This document shows positions 15,062 through 26,400 of a stretch of 64,000 nt of DNA, in pieces. Origin of the DNA: a virus. The notes below the pieces were generated by a model that saw only the letters and a list, made by a program, of their open reading frames with translations, was not told where the DNA came from and made no database searches. Position 1 is the stretch's first letter. Each line of letters opens with the position of its first letter. The stretch lies in the IMG/VR virus record IMGVR_UViG_3300037189_006220, positions 56,519 to 120,518 of that record; one strand, 5' to 3'. A program made the translations under genes and the position numbers.

Positions 15062-17314
15062 TTAGATTCGGGGTGCATTGTATCTAGTATCCCAGATACG
15101 GAAATCATTACCATTTGCTCCAACAGTCATAAAACCATTAGTCACAGGATTAAAGTATGACCCAGCTGATGTAGATTTTACTATTCCAGTTGACGCAGAA
15201 AGTCTAGTTGATGCGGGATAATATTTAGAGGCTCCCGTAATAGAGTTCACAATAGCAACACCAGCGTAAGTTTTTCCGTCAGAGTTTAACCCAGTAAAGC
15301 CACCATATAGGTAGACATCAGTTCCATTGACTGCAATTGAGTACCAGTTTGTACTACCTGATGATACCACCACCGGGACGGAAGTAGCTCCTAGTCCTGT
15401 AGTTGCATTAATTACTGCCACACCATTGCATGTAACTCCATTGACTTGAGTGGAGTTTACAATAATATAGAGACTATTTCCTATAACATATGCATCTTGT
15501 ACACCGGCAGTATACCCATACCCATCATATCCGACATTAGTTAATGGGTTTGCCCACACACGAGTAGTTTTATCGTATATATACACACCATGTGGAAAAG
15601 TAGTATTTCCATTTACGGTATCAAAATATCCGCATACATATACGCTATTACCACTTATGAGTACTTTTGTCATAGTAGCATTTTGTGAACCATTACTATC
15701 ATAAAATTGAGTACTAGCAATATATGAACCAGTTGTCGCATTAACGATTACATGACCTGCAAGAGTATACGTTATTGCAAAAGTACTCATCACTCCAACA
15801 ATATGAAGAGCATTATTAGTTGAGTCGTAGGCAACTGAATAAGTAGTACCTCGCCAATAACCACCATTGCCGTCATCTTGATAAGTATTGGCATTAAATG
15901 ACGACAAAGAGCCAGTTACCCCATCTACTGACCCAAGACCGGGTCTAAGAGAACCATTAATATAGCCACCAGAGGAAGCATCTTGCCAACCCATATACAG
16001 AGTGCTATTAACTAAAAAGAAGTATGGAACAGCATCTACAGTCGGGTAAAAACTTGAGACGATTGAACCATCAGAGTATACCGCCCCAATGAGGTACCTC
16101 TCCGCGTAGTCAGTATTTGTGCTGGTACAGGATACTACAACATTTGTCCCATCGTACAAAGCATTGTATACAGCATAAACTTTTGGAGCATAGGTTACGG
16201 CACCAGTAGATGTATCAAACCCAAACAAAGATGATGCGCTATATCCCGAAGGCTTCATCATAGAATTAAGATTAATAGTTGCAACATATAGAGTACTGCC
16301 AACTACAAATAATGCACTGGGACTAAAACTAGCAGAGCTACCTCCTGTAAGAGACAGGGTTGGATTAAAAGAAGTCAAACCAGAACTAATATCAATAGCA
16401 GCCAATCCCGCCCTAGCTACACTACTTACTTGAGTAATTCCAGCACCAGCTACATACAGAACCGTACCACCGAGAGCCATATAGGTGACACCACCAGAAG
16501 CGGAAACAGTCGGATTAAAACTAGTTAAGGCACCAGTAGAAATAGTAAAGGCAGCGACATTTACCCTAGAAGATGCCAGACCAGAGGCAGTAGTAAAAGC
16601 TCCTCCGACATACACGGTATCCCCAGAAACCACCAAACTTCTGACAGTACCCAAACTAGATACGGTACTCGGGCTTGTTGTACCAAGCCAGCTTCCTGTT
16701 GTTGCATTAACAGTGGCTAAACCCGGGGATGAGTTTGCTGATGAACCTATCGTACTAAAAAATCCACCAATAATAAGACTACTACCAGACACCGCTAGTG
16801 CATATACAGCAGGAGCATAAGGACTCGCTCCAAACCCACCGACATCAAAACTTAATACGGAGCCAGTGGTTGAATCCACTGCTACTAGACGGTCTCGCGT
16901 GACACCATTTGCTAATGTAAAACTTCCACCAACATATAGCGTAGTTCCATTTAGATATAGCACTTGAACAGTACCATTCAACGTAAGATTGAATGTCGAG
17001 TCAACTACTCCAGAAGAATTAATTTTTTGTACTGAACCAGCACTACTAAATCCAAGATAGTAGTTACCACTGCCATCAGAAATCATTTTATAGGGAGGAG
17101 TTCCACTATAAAATTTAGAGTTTACAGTTGAGCCACTTACCTTACTTATTCCATTTGCAGTATTGGTATTCCAGATGGCTCTAAAGTTTCCACCTAAATA
17201 TGTAATTCCAGAGGTTTCATCAAAAGCATAGCTATATACACTTCCACTAGAAGCATATTTTGGAATATGTTTTTTAGAACTAGCTACTGGTTGAATTGCA
17301 GGATTTACAGCCAT
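15062..17314 (-). CDS. large beta-propeller adhesin / minor tail protein
   Basis: Repeated V.AL..G..LYVGG.FT..R..LAA.D..TG blades; start coupled by TAATG. Confidence 0.75.
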   Translation of the reverse strand: MAVNPAIQPVASSKKHIPKYASSGSVYSYAFDETSGITYLGGNFRAIWNTNTANGISKVSGSTVNSKFYSGTPPYKMISDGSGNYYLGFSSAGSVQKINSSGVVDSTFNLTLNGTVQVLYLNGTTLYVGGSFTLANGVTRDRLVAVDSTTGSVLSFDVGGFGASPYAPAVYALAVSGSSLIIGGFFSTIGSSANSSPGLATVNATTGSWLGTTSPSTVSSLGTVRSLVVSGDTVYVGGAFTTASGLASSRVNVAAFTISTGALTSFNPTVSASGGVTYMALGGTVLYVAGAGITQVSSVARAGLAAIDISSGLTSFNPTLSLTGGSSASFSPSALFVVGSTLYVATINLNSMMKPSGYSASSLFGFDTSTGAVTYAPKVYAVYNALYDGTNVVVSCTSTNTDYAERYLIGAVYSDGSIVSSFYPTVDAVPYFFLVNSTLYMGWQDASSGGYINGSLRPGLGSVDGVTGSLSSFNANTYQDDGNGGYWRGTTYSVAYDSTNNALHIVGVMSTFAITYTLAGHVIVNATTGSYIASTQFYDSNGSQNATMTKVLISGNSVYVCGYFDTVNGNTTFPHGVYIYDKTTRVWANPLTNVGYDGYGYTAGVQDAYVIGNSLYIIVNSTQVNGVTCNGVAVINATTGLGATSVPVVVSSGSTNWYSIAVNGTDVYLYGGFTGLNSDGKTYAGVAIVNSITGASKYYPASTRLSASTGIVKSTSAGSYFNPVTNGFMTVGANGNDFRIWDTRYNAPRI

Positions 17315-17706
17315 TAGATGATAGCCGTATCTCCCGCGATAAGCCACTCATCTGTGTTGAGCTTAATCGCTGTAATCACAGAATATTGTGCACGGGACTT
17401 AAGGGTCGTATTATTGCGAAGCGTAACTCCAGATGCAGGAGCGACAACAATTTGACCAGCTCCGTATTGAACAAGAGTAATGGTATCTCCAGTGACACCT
17501 AAGCTTTGCGGAATAGTTATAGTGGTACTCGATGCTGAATTAACAAGAATCAATGCTCGTACATCTACGGAACCCAGCGTGGTGTTGGTCGTATATGTTG
17601 TAGTAGCCACATAGGAGTATCCAGAAGTACCAGTCGCACCACTTGCACCTACGGCAACTGCCTCCCAAAGACCAGTAGTAGAGTTGTATTTTTTAAGAAC
17701 TGACAT
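17314..17706 (-). CDS. tail fibre adaptor
   Basis: TITIP..GD.I.LVQ.GAGQ..AQYS...K...DEW..AGD domain. Confidence 0.7.
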   Translation of the reverse strand: MSVLKKYNSTTGLWEAVAVGASGATGTSGYSYVATTTYTTNTTLGSVDVRALILVNSASSTTITIPQSLGVTGDTITLVQYGAGQIVVAPASGVTLRNNTTLKSRAQYSVITAIKLNTDEWLIAGDTAII

Positions 17707-18875
17707 TATGCCCACGCTCCAGTAGATGTAGATGTTCCGCTTGAAGATAGTGGGGTAACAATCATATAGTTATCTGCATAAAGTGTCACAACACCGCTTG
17801 TCTGAGCAGCTGCCCAATAGTATGAAGGAATAATTGTTCCAGCAGTAGTAATTTTTAGGATTCCACTTCCGCGAACAAGATAAACCCTACCAGCTGCGCC
17901 AGATGCAGCAGAGAGTGCCATTGAACTTGTTGTAGTTATTGCAGTTGAGGCAATCTGAAACTCGTTAGCTGCACCACCATCAGTAATCGAAGCTGTTCCA
18001 TCCCATGCCAAGGTACCGACCGCAGTACCAGAACCCCTTATGTTAAATGGGAAAGCAGAGGAAACTACAGATGTTGCAACAAGCATCCTCACTGAAAGCT
18101 CGACTCTATATGTTCCCACAGGGAGAGTAATTGTGTCATTTGCAGCTGGAAACAAAGGGTAGTTTGTTGTTGCAGCGACACCAGATGTTCCAACACCAGA
18201 GGTAAAAACTGGAGTAGCAATAGGAGCGCGACCAACGCTTGTGTTGGAAGTTAGTGTAGTTATCGTACCGTCATATTCCACAGCCCCCGCAGCCGGGGTT
18301 GTAATAACTGTACCACTGCTTAGTTTCAATGGCGCGTTTCCACTAGCTCCACCCGTAGATGCGCCCAGTGTTAGCGTCGTATTTCCACCAGTAGTTGCGC
18401 CACCCGTGAGGGTACTAAGACCCGTAACACTTAGCGTAGAGCCAAGGGTGGTTGCACCCGTAGCCCCGAGGGTTGTAGATGCAGATACAGAAGTAGTTGA
18501 AATACCACCATTAGCTGTCAAAGCACCAGTAAGAGTAGTAGTGCTTGTTACCGATAGTGTTCCAGAAGCAGTAATTGATGCGCCACCTAGAGTTCCCGTG
18601 ACCGTCGGAGAAGCGAGAGTCAGTCCCGAAATGGTGGCACTATTAATCCAGTTAGTTCCGTTATACGTTAGTAATTGACCACCCAAGGGCGAGCTAATTA
18701 CTGCATCACTAAGGTCTTGAACCTTTAAAGTTGTGCTTGAAATAGACGTATCAAGCCACAAAAGAGAAGTATCAGCTGGAGCAGTAGCAGCTTGAACAAT
18801 TGCCTGTGCCGTAGCACCGACAATAATTGGCTTCCACGATGATGACGCGGTGTCATAGTATTTTGCGACTGTCAT
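17706..18875 (-). CDS. tail fibre protein
   Basis: DLSD.VI..GQLL.YNGT.W.N motif and T/G/S-rich beta repeats. Confidence 0.75.
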   Translation of the reverse strand: MTVAKYYDTASSSWKPIIVGATAQAIVQAATAPADTSLLWLDTSISSTTLKVQDLSDAVISSPLGGQLLTYNGTNWINSATISGLTLASPTVTGTLGGASITASGTLSVTSTTTLTGALTANGGISTTSVSASTTLGATGATTLGSTLSVTGLSTLTGGATTGGNTTLTLGASTGGASGNAPLKLSSGTVITTPAAGAVEYDGTITTLTSNTSVGRAPIATPVFTSGVGTSGVAATTNYPLFPAANDTITLPVGTYRVELSVRMLVATSVVSSAFPFNIRGSGTAVGTLAWDGTASITDGGAANEFQIASTAITTTSSMALSAASGAAGRVYLVRGSGILKITTAGTIIPSYYWAAAQTSGVVTLYADNYMIVTPLSSSGTSTSTGAWA

Positions 18876-18926
18876 TGCCTACTCCATAAATTCTATATAA
18901 CTAAGTATAGATTACTTAGCGGTACT

Positions 18927-19415
18927 TTAGACCGTAGGAAAGATTCTAGGAGTAAATTTTTCCCATTTACGAGCATCTTCATTCCACAAGTATTGTAACC
19001 CATCCGTGGGACGAGGCTCGGGAGCAGACCAGTGGTGGTTTACAGAGTCAAAAATCCACGAAGGGAAAGGTTGCCCCAGATTACTAATATCAAATGTCAA
19101 CAGTTTTTCAAAATAATCAGTACCGTGGATAGCCCAAACCAAGACATCATACGACTTGTTAGGTTCAATGACATCTACACGCTCTGACACAAGGTAGTCT
19201 TGGTCAGTGGAGATGAACTTATTGTCCCCCACAGGGTAGCTCCCTGTGGAAACCGTAGTCTTCCCATCAAGCAAGTTATAGCCAAAACGGAACGGGTCAA
19301 GGAAATCTATCTCCTTGGGAACCGAAAAGAATATATCAAGAAAGGGAGCAACAGCTTCGCTGGTGTCCGATATTACTTCAATATTTTTATTTTCCGTATC
19401 AATAAATATTTTCAT
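18927..19415 (-). CDS. fibre-associated protein
   Basis: QPFPSW..W.AP.P.P..Y.WNE..W motif. Confidence 0.65.
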   Translation of the reverse strand: MKIFIDTENKNIEVISDTSEAVAPFLDIFFSVPKEIDFLDPFRFGYNLLDGKTTVSTGSYPVGDNKFISTDQDYLVSERVDVIEPNKSYDVLVWAIHGTDYFEKLLTFDISNLGQPFPSWIFDSVNHHWSAPEPRPTDGLQYLWNEDARKWEKFTPRIFPTV

Positions 19416-20368
19416 TACAGACTCCTATCTGTGGGGTAGTAAATGATAACGATTCCCGAGCTACCCTGCATATAGTTTGTGTATGGGGTGACATCTCTCC
19501 AACCACCTGTGCCGTCATTAACAGGACCCAATCCTCCATTACCACTGTTTGCAGCTGGAAGTACAGCACTAATATATGTTGTAGTATTTGTATTTGTAGC
19601 ACCACCGTGGGAGTAGGTACCTCCAAGGTCAGGGTTTGTCCATGAGTTTCCGCCGTTGTTACCCCCAGCGGGGTAATTTTGCCCAGCAGAGGTTGCTCCA
19701 CCTCCAGAACCCGCAGAAATTCCAGTTTCAGTTCCGTATCCTCCAGCAAAACCCTGACCTGAAGGACTTGCCGCACCCCCCGGGTACGTGGTAAGCCCTC
19801 CGTTGTCCGGGGAACCACCACCACCACCGCTTCCTCCAGCACTTGCAGGATATGCGGTACCAGACCCGCCAGTTCCATTGTAGTTAAAGTATGTGTTGGG
19901 CGCAGTTCCTCCACGACCACCACCAGTAGCCGTAGCTAACGCACCGATACTACTGTTTCCACCGTTAGTGGGTGCTGGAGTACTGGTCACTGTCCCGCCA
20001 GGACCCACGGTTACTGCATAGCTAGTAGCAGATACCGTCAATAGTGGATTGTTGGGTCCTCCAGAATACAGGGCTGTTCCGCTATACCATAAAAGTCCAC
20101 CAGCTCCACCACCACCACCTACATAGAGCGTGTTTCCGGGGTTAGAATATCCCCAACCACCTGCACCGCCACCAGCAACAACACATGCCTTAACTTTTCC
20201 ACTAGTTGTTCCAATAGAGGATACGGCAAACGTACCACCAGCAGTAAAGGTATGCACTTTATAGGGAACGCCAGCAATAGTTGTAGTGGTTACCGTCCCA
20301 CCCGTGGCAGTAATTGGAGTAAAAGAACTATAACCAGCAGTAAACGTGGCTTGTTGTATGCCAGTCAT
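19415..20368 (-). CDS. glycine-rich adhesin / minor tail protein
   Basis: ATGG..HTFT..G.F..VVAGGGAGG..GSSGIVII.Y. Confidence 0.78.
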   Translation of the reverse strand: MTGIQQATFTAGYSSFTPITATGGTVTTTTIAGVPYKVHTFTAGGTFAVSSIGTTSGKVKACVVAGGGAGGWGYSNPGNTLYVGGGGGAGGLLWYSGTALYSGGPNNPLLTVSATSYAVTVGPGGTVTSTPAPTNGGNSSIGALATATGGGRGGTAPNTYFNYNGTGGSGTAYPASAGGSGGGGGSPDNGGLTTYPGGAASPSGQGFAGGYGTETGISAGSGGGATSAGQNYPAGGNNGGNSWTNPDLGGTYSHGGATNTNTTTYISAVLPAANSGNGGLGPVNDGTGGWRDVTPYTNYMQGSSGIVIIYYPTDRSL

Positions 20369-20964
20369 TACGAAAGTCCGTTTCCACCAATAATCCATGT
20401 GGTGGCAGCAATCTTAACAAGAGTAGCCATTCCGTACTGTGCCAAGGTTCGAGTACCAGTTGTTCCAGCAGTATTCGCAAAAATCAAAGTATCAGTGGTA
20501 ATAGCAATGTTAGTAGTGACACCCGAGCCATTAATGATAGAAATGGTAGCACCGATAGGAAATGCTACTGACGAGTTCGCAGGAATAGTAATTGTCTGAC
20601 CAGTAACAGTCATATAGACATGCTTACCCGAATCAGAGATGGCAAGAGTATATGAAGCACTCTTTGAGAGCTGTGGCATACCCATAAATCCCACACCGGA
20701 AGCAGCTGTCGCTGCTACACCATCTCGGACAGTAGAAGAGTTTACCCATGCGGTTCCGTTGTACTGTACAAGTTGTCCTGAAGTGGCGGAAGCAATAGTA
20801 ACATCACTAAGGTCATCAAGAGCGAGCTGTCCACCAGTAGATGTTGTATCCATCCAAACAACATTTGGGTCGGTAGGCGCAGTGGAGCCAACAACTACGC
20901 CAGACGATGAGCCACCGATAAGCTCCCAGCCATTAGCTGTTTTTACATATGCATTTCTAGCCAT
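20368..20964 (-). CDS. tail fibre adaptor
   Basis: LDDLSDV motif + SYTL..SD.GK..TITIPANSSVAFPIG..TW...G domain. Confidence 0.75.
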   Translation of the reverse strand: MARNAYVKTANGWELIGGSSSGVVVGSTAPTDPNVVWMDTTSTGGQLALDDLSDVTIASATSGQLVQYNGTAWVNSSTVRDGVAATAASGVGFMGMPQLSKSASYTLAISDSGKHVYMTVTGQTITIPANSSVAFPIGATISIINGSGVTTNIAITTDTLIFANTAGTTGTRTLAQYGMATLVKIAATTWIIGGNGLS

Positions 20965-20972
20965 TTTATGTC

Positions 20973-22121
20973 CTATAGCTCCGCTTCAGCTGTATATTGA
21001 AAACCAATACCAGCAGCACTTGCAGTGCCACTAGAATATACAAGTGTAACATTTGTATTACCAGAACCAGTATCTGCGTAAACAGTCTGTCCTTGTGTGG
21101 TAGTTGACCCCAAGATAAAGCGTTGACATTTTCCGGAGGCTCCAAGAGCATCGTAACAGGTCACTGTTGTTGGGGGCACACGTTTAGTGACCTTGTATAT
21201 TATTTGTCCACCAATATATCCCGTTGTTACAGCACCTACGTTTTGACTACCGTAAACCATTCCCACGTTTGAGGCAGTGCCGGGAGCTACTCCAACATCA
21301 TATGACTTTTCATAGTATCGCTGACATGCAGCAAGCTCCGCCTGAAGGCTAGGTGCTGAACGACGGAATGGGGAAGCCGCGGGACCTTCTTCTACCTGTA
21401 CTCCCGTGAAATAGACAGTATTTGAGGCTGAAGAAACAGATGTAAACCTAATAAATCTAAGTTCAGTATTATCATTTGTGGCGGCACCAGTTGGGCGTGA
21501 AGATTGGTAAGTTGACGGTAGTGTCACCGTATAGCTAAATCGTTGCCACGATGTAGTGAGGTTAAAGTATGTCTCACTATAGTCTTGGTCGAAGTCAAAT
21601 TTAGCAGTAATCGCCGTAGCTGCCTTTGCGTAAAACGATACCGTAATTGTTTTACCAGCAAAAAGATATTTTCCATTTTCAATACTCTGCATGACCATGT
21701 GGTCTCCACCAGAAATATTGGATGACCATGATAGCGCCGCTGAGTATTGGACACCAACACCGGATGGAACATCAGTACTTTGAGCAAGAGTCAAAGCAAC
21801 TGCTGAAGCCCCAGAGGAAATTATCTTATATCGGTCAGCACTCGGATACCCCGATGTATTTAACGCTTGAGGCGCTGAGGTAGAGCGTTGCCAGTAATCC
21901 AGCGCACCGTTAATGATGTAGTTAGGGGAGGTAGGAACGCTATTCCACGTAGTGTCATAGCTATTAGCAGAAGCCTTAGCTAAGACTTGCCCCGCGGAAC
22001 CACCCGAAGGAACTCCAACCGTAGTCACCGACGCAGAACGCCATGCACCTATAGTTGAGTCATAGGTGTAGTTATTAAAAGTCTGCCCGTTAGTTGGGGA
22101 TGAAGGGAAGTCAAGTGCCAT
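20973..22121 (-). CDS. tail fibre with carbohydrate-binding-like domain
   Basis: DFP.SPT.GQ N-terminus; NYIING..D.WQR..ADR..GVQ.E.G..ELA.CQRYYEKSY. Confidence 0.78.
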   Translation of the reverse strand: MALDFPSSPTNGQTFNNYTYDSTIGAWRSASVTTVGVPSGGSAGQVLAKASANSYDTTWNSVPTSPNYIINGALDYWQRSTSAPQALNTSGYPSADRYKIISSGASAVALTLAQSTDVPSGVGVQYSAALSWSSNISGGDHMVMQSIENGKYLFAGKTITVSFYAKAATAITAKFDFDQDYSETYFNLTTSWQRFSYTVTLPSTYQSSRPTGAATNDNTELRFIRFTSVSSASNTVYFTGVQVEEGPAASPFRRSAPSLQAELAACQRYYEKSYDVGVAPGTASNVGMVYGSQNVGAVTTGYIGGQIIYKVTKRVPPTTVTCYDALGASGKCQRFILGSTTTQGQTVYADTGSGNTNVTLVYSSGTASAAGIGFQYTAEAEL

Positions 22122-22130
22122 GTTCTTATC

Positions 22131-23399
22131 CTACAGCTCCGCGTCACAGGTCCATTGGTACGCAATTGCTGCGTTAGTAACTGTTGACGCATTAAAGTAT
22201 GCTCCAAAACTACTTGTACCGCCAGCCCAAATAACACTTGCTACATCCGCTGAGTTATTCCACATTTTATCAATCGTTCCAGTATATGGACTATAAGTAT
22301 GAACCACTCCGTTATAGATTCGTTTTGGAACTTGATATTTTGTCGTTTGTGCATTTGTTTGAGTAGCTGTAGCCGTATTGGTTGCTCGCCAAGAAACCAT
22401 ACCTGACTCAGTTATGGAGCCGGGACCATCTACCGTGTTATACGATTTCTCGTAGTATCTTTGACATGCAGCAAGCTCAGCCTGTAACGAGTTGGCGTTA
22501 CGACGGAATGGAGTAGCTACGGTACCTGACTCCAGTTGTACGCCCCAAATATCAATATTATTTGCCGAAATACCCGTTGAGCCACTATAAAGAGGGCGAA
22601 CATCTAGGTAGGAACTTGTACCAATTGTTTTACCAGAAATGCTGGGAATGTTAAGTGTCACGGAATAGCGTTGCCATGATGTTGTCAAAGAAATTGCGGA
22701 ACCAACTGCTTGAGCAACACCACCCCCGCCCGAACCAAAGTTTTGTTCAATAACTGGCGTAAATGCAGTAGTTGCCGTACCAGCCTTTGCCCAGAACGAC
22801 AGGGTCGCAGTCTGTCCTGCCAAGGTGCGAACATCTTCAACACGTTGTGTAAACCAGAAGTATCCCGAAGGCGTACCCGTCCATGCCATACGGCAAAAGT
22901 AAGCACCTTCATATCCAGCAACAGGAGCAGTACCGGGGGTAAAAGCTTGTTGAGAAACTGAAACTGTTTGACCACTAGCAGCGACAATAGCCCATCGGTC
23001 AGCAGTATATCCAGCAGAGGAAAAAGCAGTACCCGTCCAACGCTGCCAATAATCAAAAGCACCGTTAATGAGGTAGTTCGGGCTTTGATATGTCGCAGCT
23101 GAGTAAACAGAGCGAGACTGCTCCACCCACTGACCACCCGTGGCATCAACATAATAAATAAAACATGTACCATCGACGGTATACATCCACATATCACCGT
23201 TTGAAGGGTTAAGTGGTGCAGTATCTGATGTAGTGATTGTACGAGGAGATATAGAAGAAGCAGTTTGTGTATCTACCCAGATATCACCAATAACTCCACC
23301 AGTTGGCTGAGTAGACTGCTCAAATACTGCCGGTACAGGTACAGTATTTTTCTGTACCGCCGCGGTGAAGTTTACGTCGCCTAGGGATTTCCTTGCCAT
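22131..23399 (-). CDS. tail fibre with carbohydrate-binding-like domain
   Basis: AP..P..GD.W motifs; same NYLING..CQRYYEKSY module as neighbour. Confidence 0.78.
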   Translation of the reverse strand: MARKSLGDVNFTAAVQKNTVPVPAVFEQSTQPTGGVIGDIWVDTQTASSISPRTITTSDTAPLNPSNGDMWMYTVDGTCFIYYVDATGGQWVEQSRSVYSAATYQSPNYLINGAFDYWQRWTGTAFSSAGYTADRWAIVAASGQTVSVSQQAFTPGTAPVAGYEGAYFCRMAWTGTPSGYFWFTQRVEDVRTLAGQTATLSFWAKAGTATTAFTPVIEQNFGSGGGGVAQAVGSAISLTTSWQRYSVTLNIPSISGKTIGTSSYLDVRPLYSGSTGISANNIDIWGVQLESGTVATPFRRNANSLQAELAACQRYYEKSYNTVDGPGSITESGMVSWRATNTATATQTNAQTTKYQVPKRIYNGVVHTYSPYTGTIDKMWNNSADVASVIWAGGTSSFGAYFNASTVTNAAIAYQWTCDAEL

Positions 23400-23408
23400 A
23401 AGTTAATC

Positions 23409-26400
23409 CTAACCGATAATGACGTAAGTGTATGCTCCAGCAGTGAGAGAACTTGCAGATGTAAATGTCGTTGTTCCACCGCCGGTAGATGCATTAACTA
23501 CGTCAAGCTCGACCTGATATCCAGTAGCTGTCTCAAATACCTGAGCTGTAACCCACTGACCAAACCCGTGGTTGACTGACCATGAAGTTCCAGCTGTGTT
23601 TGTTCCAGTAGTCTTCTTAGCCACACCAGTAATAGCACCTGAAGTACCATTAATGCTTGTTACACCAGTTGAAGATGTGAGGTATGTCGAGCCATCAAGA
23701 ACAAGGGTTCCGTCAGTTTGTGTTTTTACAAATCCCCCCGTGCTGTTAGCAACAGTCGGGAGTTTTACTGCACCTGTAATAAATGTTGTAGAAGAAGCAT
23801 TACCAACATAAATACCAGTTGCATTTGTATAACCAACACGAACAGTTCCTACAGTTGCTCCCGATGTTCCCGCATCAATAGTTACGGTACCTGAGTTGCC
23901 TGTAGCATTTCCAGATTTGAGGGATACGCTTCCAGAAGTGAGGTTTGATGTACCCGATGCAAGAGTTAGGTCACCACTACCAGAGACTGCGGCATTAGTG
24001 ATGTTACCTGTTCTAATCGTTAGAGGCTCGCCCGAGACACCACTACTCAAGTCTTCTGTACGAAGGAGACCACCAGCAGTACTTCCCGCTGCTGCACCAA
24101 ATACAACCGCTCCAGAAACTGAGTGGACAATGCGAACGGTTGCGGTGTTGGTGTAGTTACCGATGTTGACAATACCTGCTGCAGTTGTACCGACGTTAAT
24201 GATTCTATTCGACCCAGAAGTGCCGTTGTCAATAGTTACTGAGCCTGTTGTACCTGACTTCAACGAGAGGGCACTTGCAGCTGCCGAGGCGACTGTGAGG
24301 GCACCAGAACCAGTGATGTTGCTTGTACCAACAGTGAGACCAGCAAAGGTCGGGGTCGATGTTGTAGCAATATCTTGGGGAAGAGAGAGGGTTACTGCAC
24401 CCGTAGACGCTGAAGCAGTTACTTGGTTAGCAGTTCCAGTAATTGATGTTACCGCTGAGCTAGAAGTAAGATATGTGCTACCGTCCGAGGTAAGGTTACC
24501 TGACGCGTCCACCTTTACGAAACCAGCTGTACCAGAAGACAGGGCACCAATCTTGGTTAGTGAAGAGTTAACTACACCAGAAGCTAGTGTCGTTCCAGTA
24601 AGTGAACCAGCAGGAGCCGAAGCAACGAGCGTACCGTTGATGGTCGTGGTGGTTGCCGAGCGACCAATGGTTACAGCACTAGCATTAGTAACACCAATGT
24701 TTACTGCACCTGTAGTTCCGCTTACTACTGTTCCTGAATCGACATTTACGTTACCAGCGTTGCCTGTACCAGTATTGTCACCAGATTTCAGGATAAGGTC
24801 ACCAGTGGACGCGCTACCAGTTTGTGAACCAGTCTTTAGCGTGACCGAGGCACTTGCACTAGTAAGCGATGTTGGCATTCCAGTAAGAGTTACCGCTGTA
24901 GAAGCAGTCGTATTACGGAACGTAAATGTTGAAGCTCCAGAACTTTGAAGAGTAATACCACCGTTGGCGTTAATTGTAGCGGTAGAGCCAGACACGTTAC
25001 CAATGTTGACTGCACCAGTAGATGTTGTACCAATGTTGATTGAAGCAGAACCTGATGATTGAAGATTCAGCGATTGGTTTGTGCCACCAGCCGCAATAGT
25101 CAGTGCACCAGCACCAGTAATATTTGTTCCAACATCAGTGATGCTAGTAGCTGAAGTACTAGCTGAGCCATCAAAGCTGAATCCCCACAGAGTACGCGCT
25201 GTAGATAGTGTAGCTGCTGAGCCAGTAATGTTGCTATCTGTAAAAGCAACCGTCTTACGAGAAGTAGCAGGTGTAAAGTAGAGGTTTGTACCATCGAACT
25301 CCATCGCACCAGCGGTTGCTGTTGTGAGGTTAGTTCCTGATGTGAAGTAGAGAGGAGCTGTTCCTGTAGTAGCAGTTCCAGCAGCAAGTGTAATCTTCTT
25401 ACCACTGAATGTTTCAGTTCCCGTAAGGGTAGCAAGAGTTCCTGTTGTAGGAAGTGTTACTGAAGTATTAGCTGTAGATGTGAGAGTAGTTGTGTAAGCA
25501 CCAGATGTGGTGAGGCTTCCACCAAGAGTAATAGTCTTAGAACCGTTATTAACACCAGTACCACCATAGGTTGGGTCAATAATCGTAGCTTTCCAAGCAC
25601 CAGTAGTAATACCAGTCGTACTTGATACTGTTGTAATAGATGATTGACCAACGTAGTTTGAGTCAATGTCAATTGAGTTTGTATTGACAAGAATACGGTT
25701 AGAAGTTCCAACAATATCAAAAGCATTACCGTTGGCAACCATACCGGCACCAGCGGTAACACTTGATGCGCCCGAGAACTGAACCCACGTTTGACCTGTA
25801 AAGTCTGTTAGATATGTGTTGCTCTGGGTCCACGATGTGTTTTGGTAAGAAGTACCCTCCATGACAAAGAAGGTTGCACCCTTAAGCTCGGTGTAGGTAT
25901 TAGCATCTGATGAGCGAGTCAGAGTATAGGTTGTACCGTTATCGGTGTAGTCATAGACACCATTCTCAGCACCAGCAGTCTGACCTGTAAGAAGAAGTCG
26001 GTACCCTGAGTGAGTAGAGGTAAGGGTGGGGTGACCGTCAATTGTAACGGTACTAGTGTTTCCCGTAAGTGGCACATTCGCAGTAGCAAGAAGGTTTACA
26101 GCTTGCTTCCATGTAACACCAGCAACTTTGTTATCTACATAAAGCTTATTAGCAGCATCGCCATTGTTAACTGGGTCAGCTACGTTGATGATTCGTGCAC
26201 TAGATACGTTTACAGAACCTGTACCGCTCGGGACAAGAATAACATTCTGATTTGTTCCACCAGCAGTAAATGTAAGTGCACCAGTTCCAGTAATAGAACC
26301 ATTTGTAGTACCAGTACCACCCTTGGCAACAGTAATTGTATTACCGCTCCACGTAGAAGTACCAGTAAGAGTCAGGTCGGCAATAGAAGTTACTGTACTT

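Noticed and set aside
20973-23399. Diversity-generating retroelement behind the duplicated fibre segments
   Set aside because: No reverse transcriptase in the window and differences are not adenine-specific.
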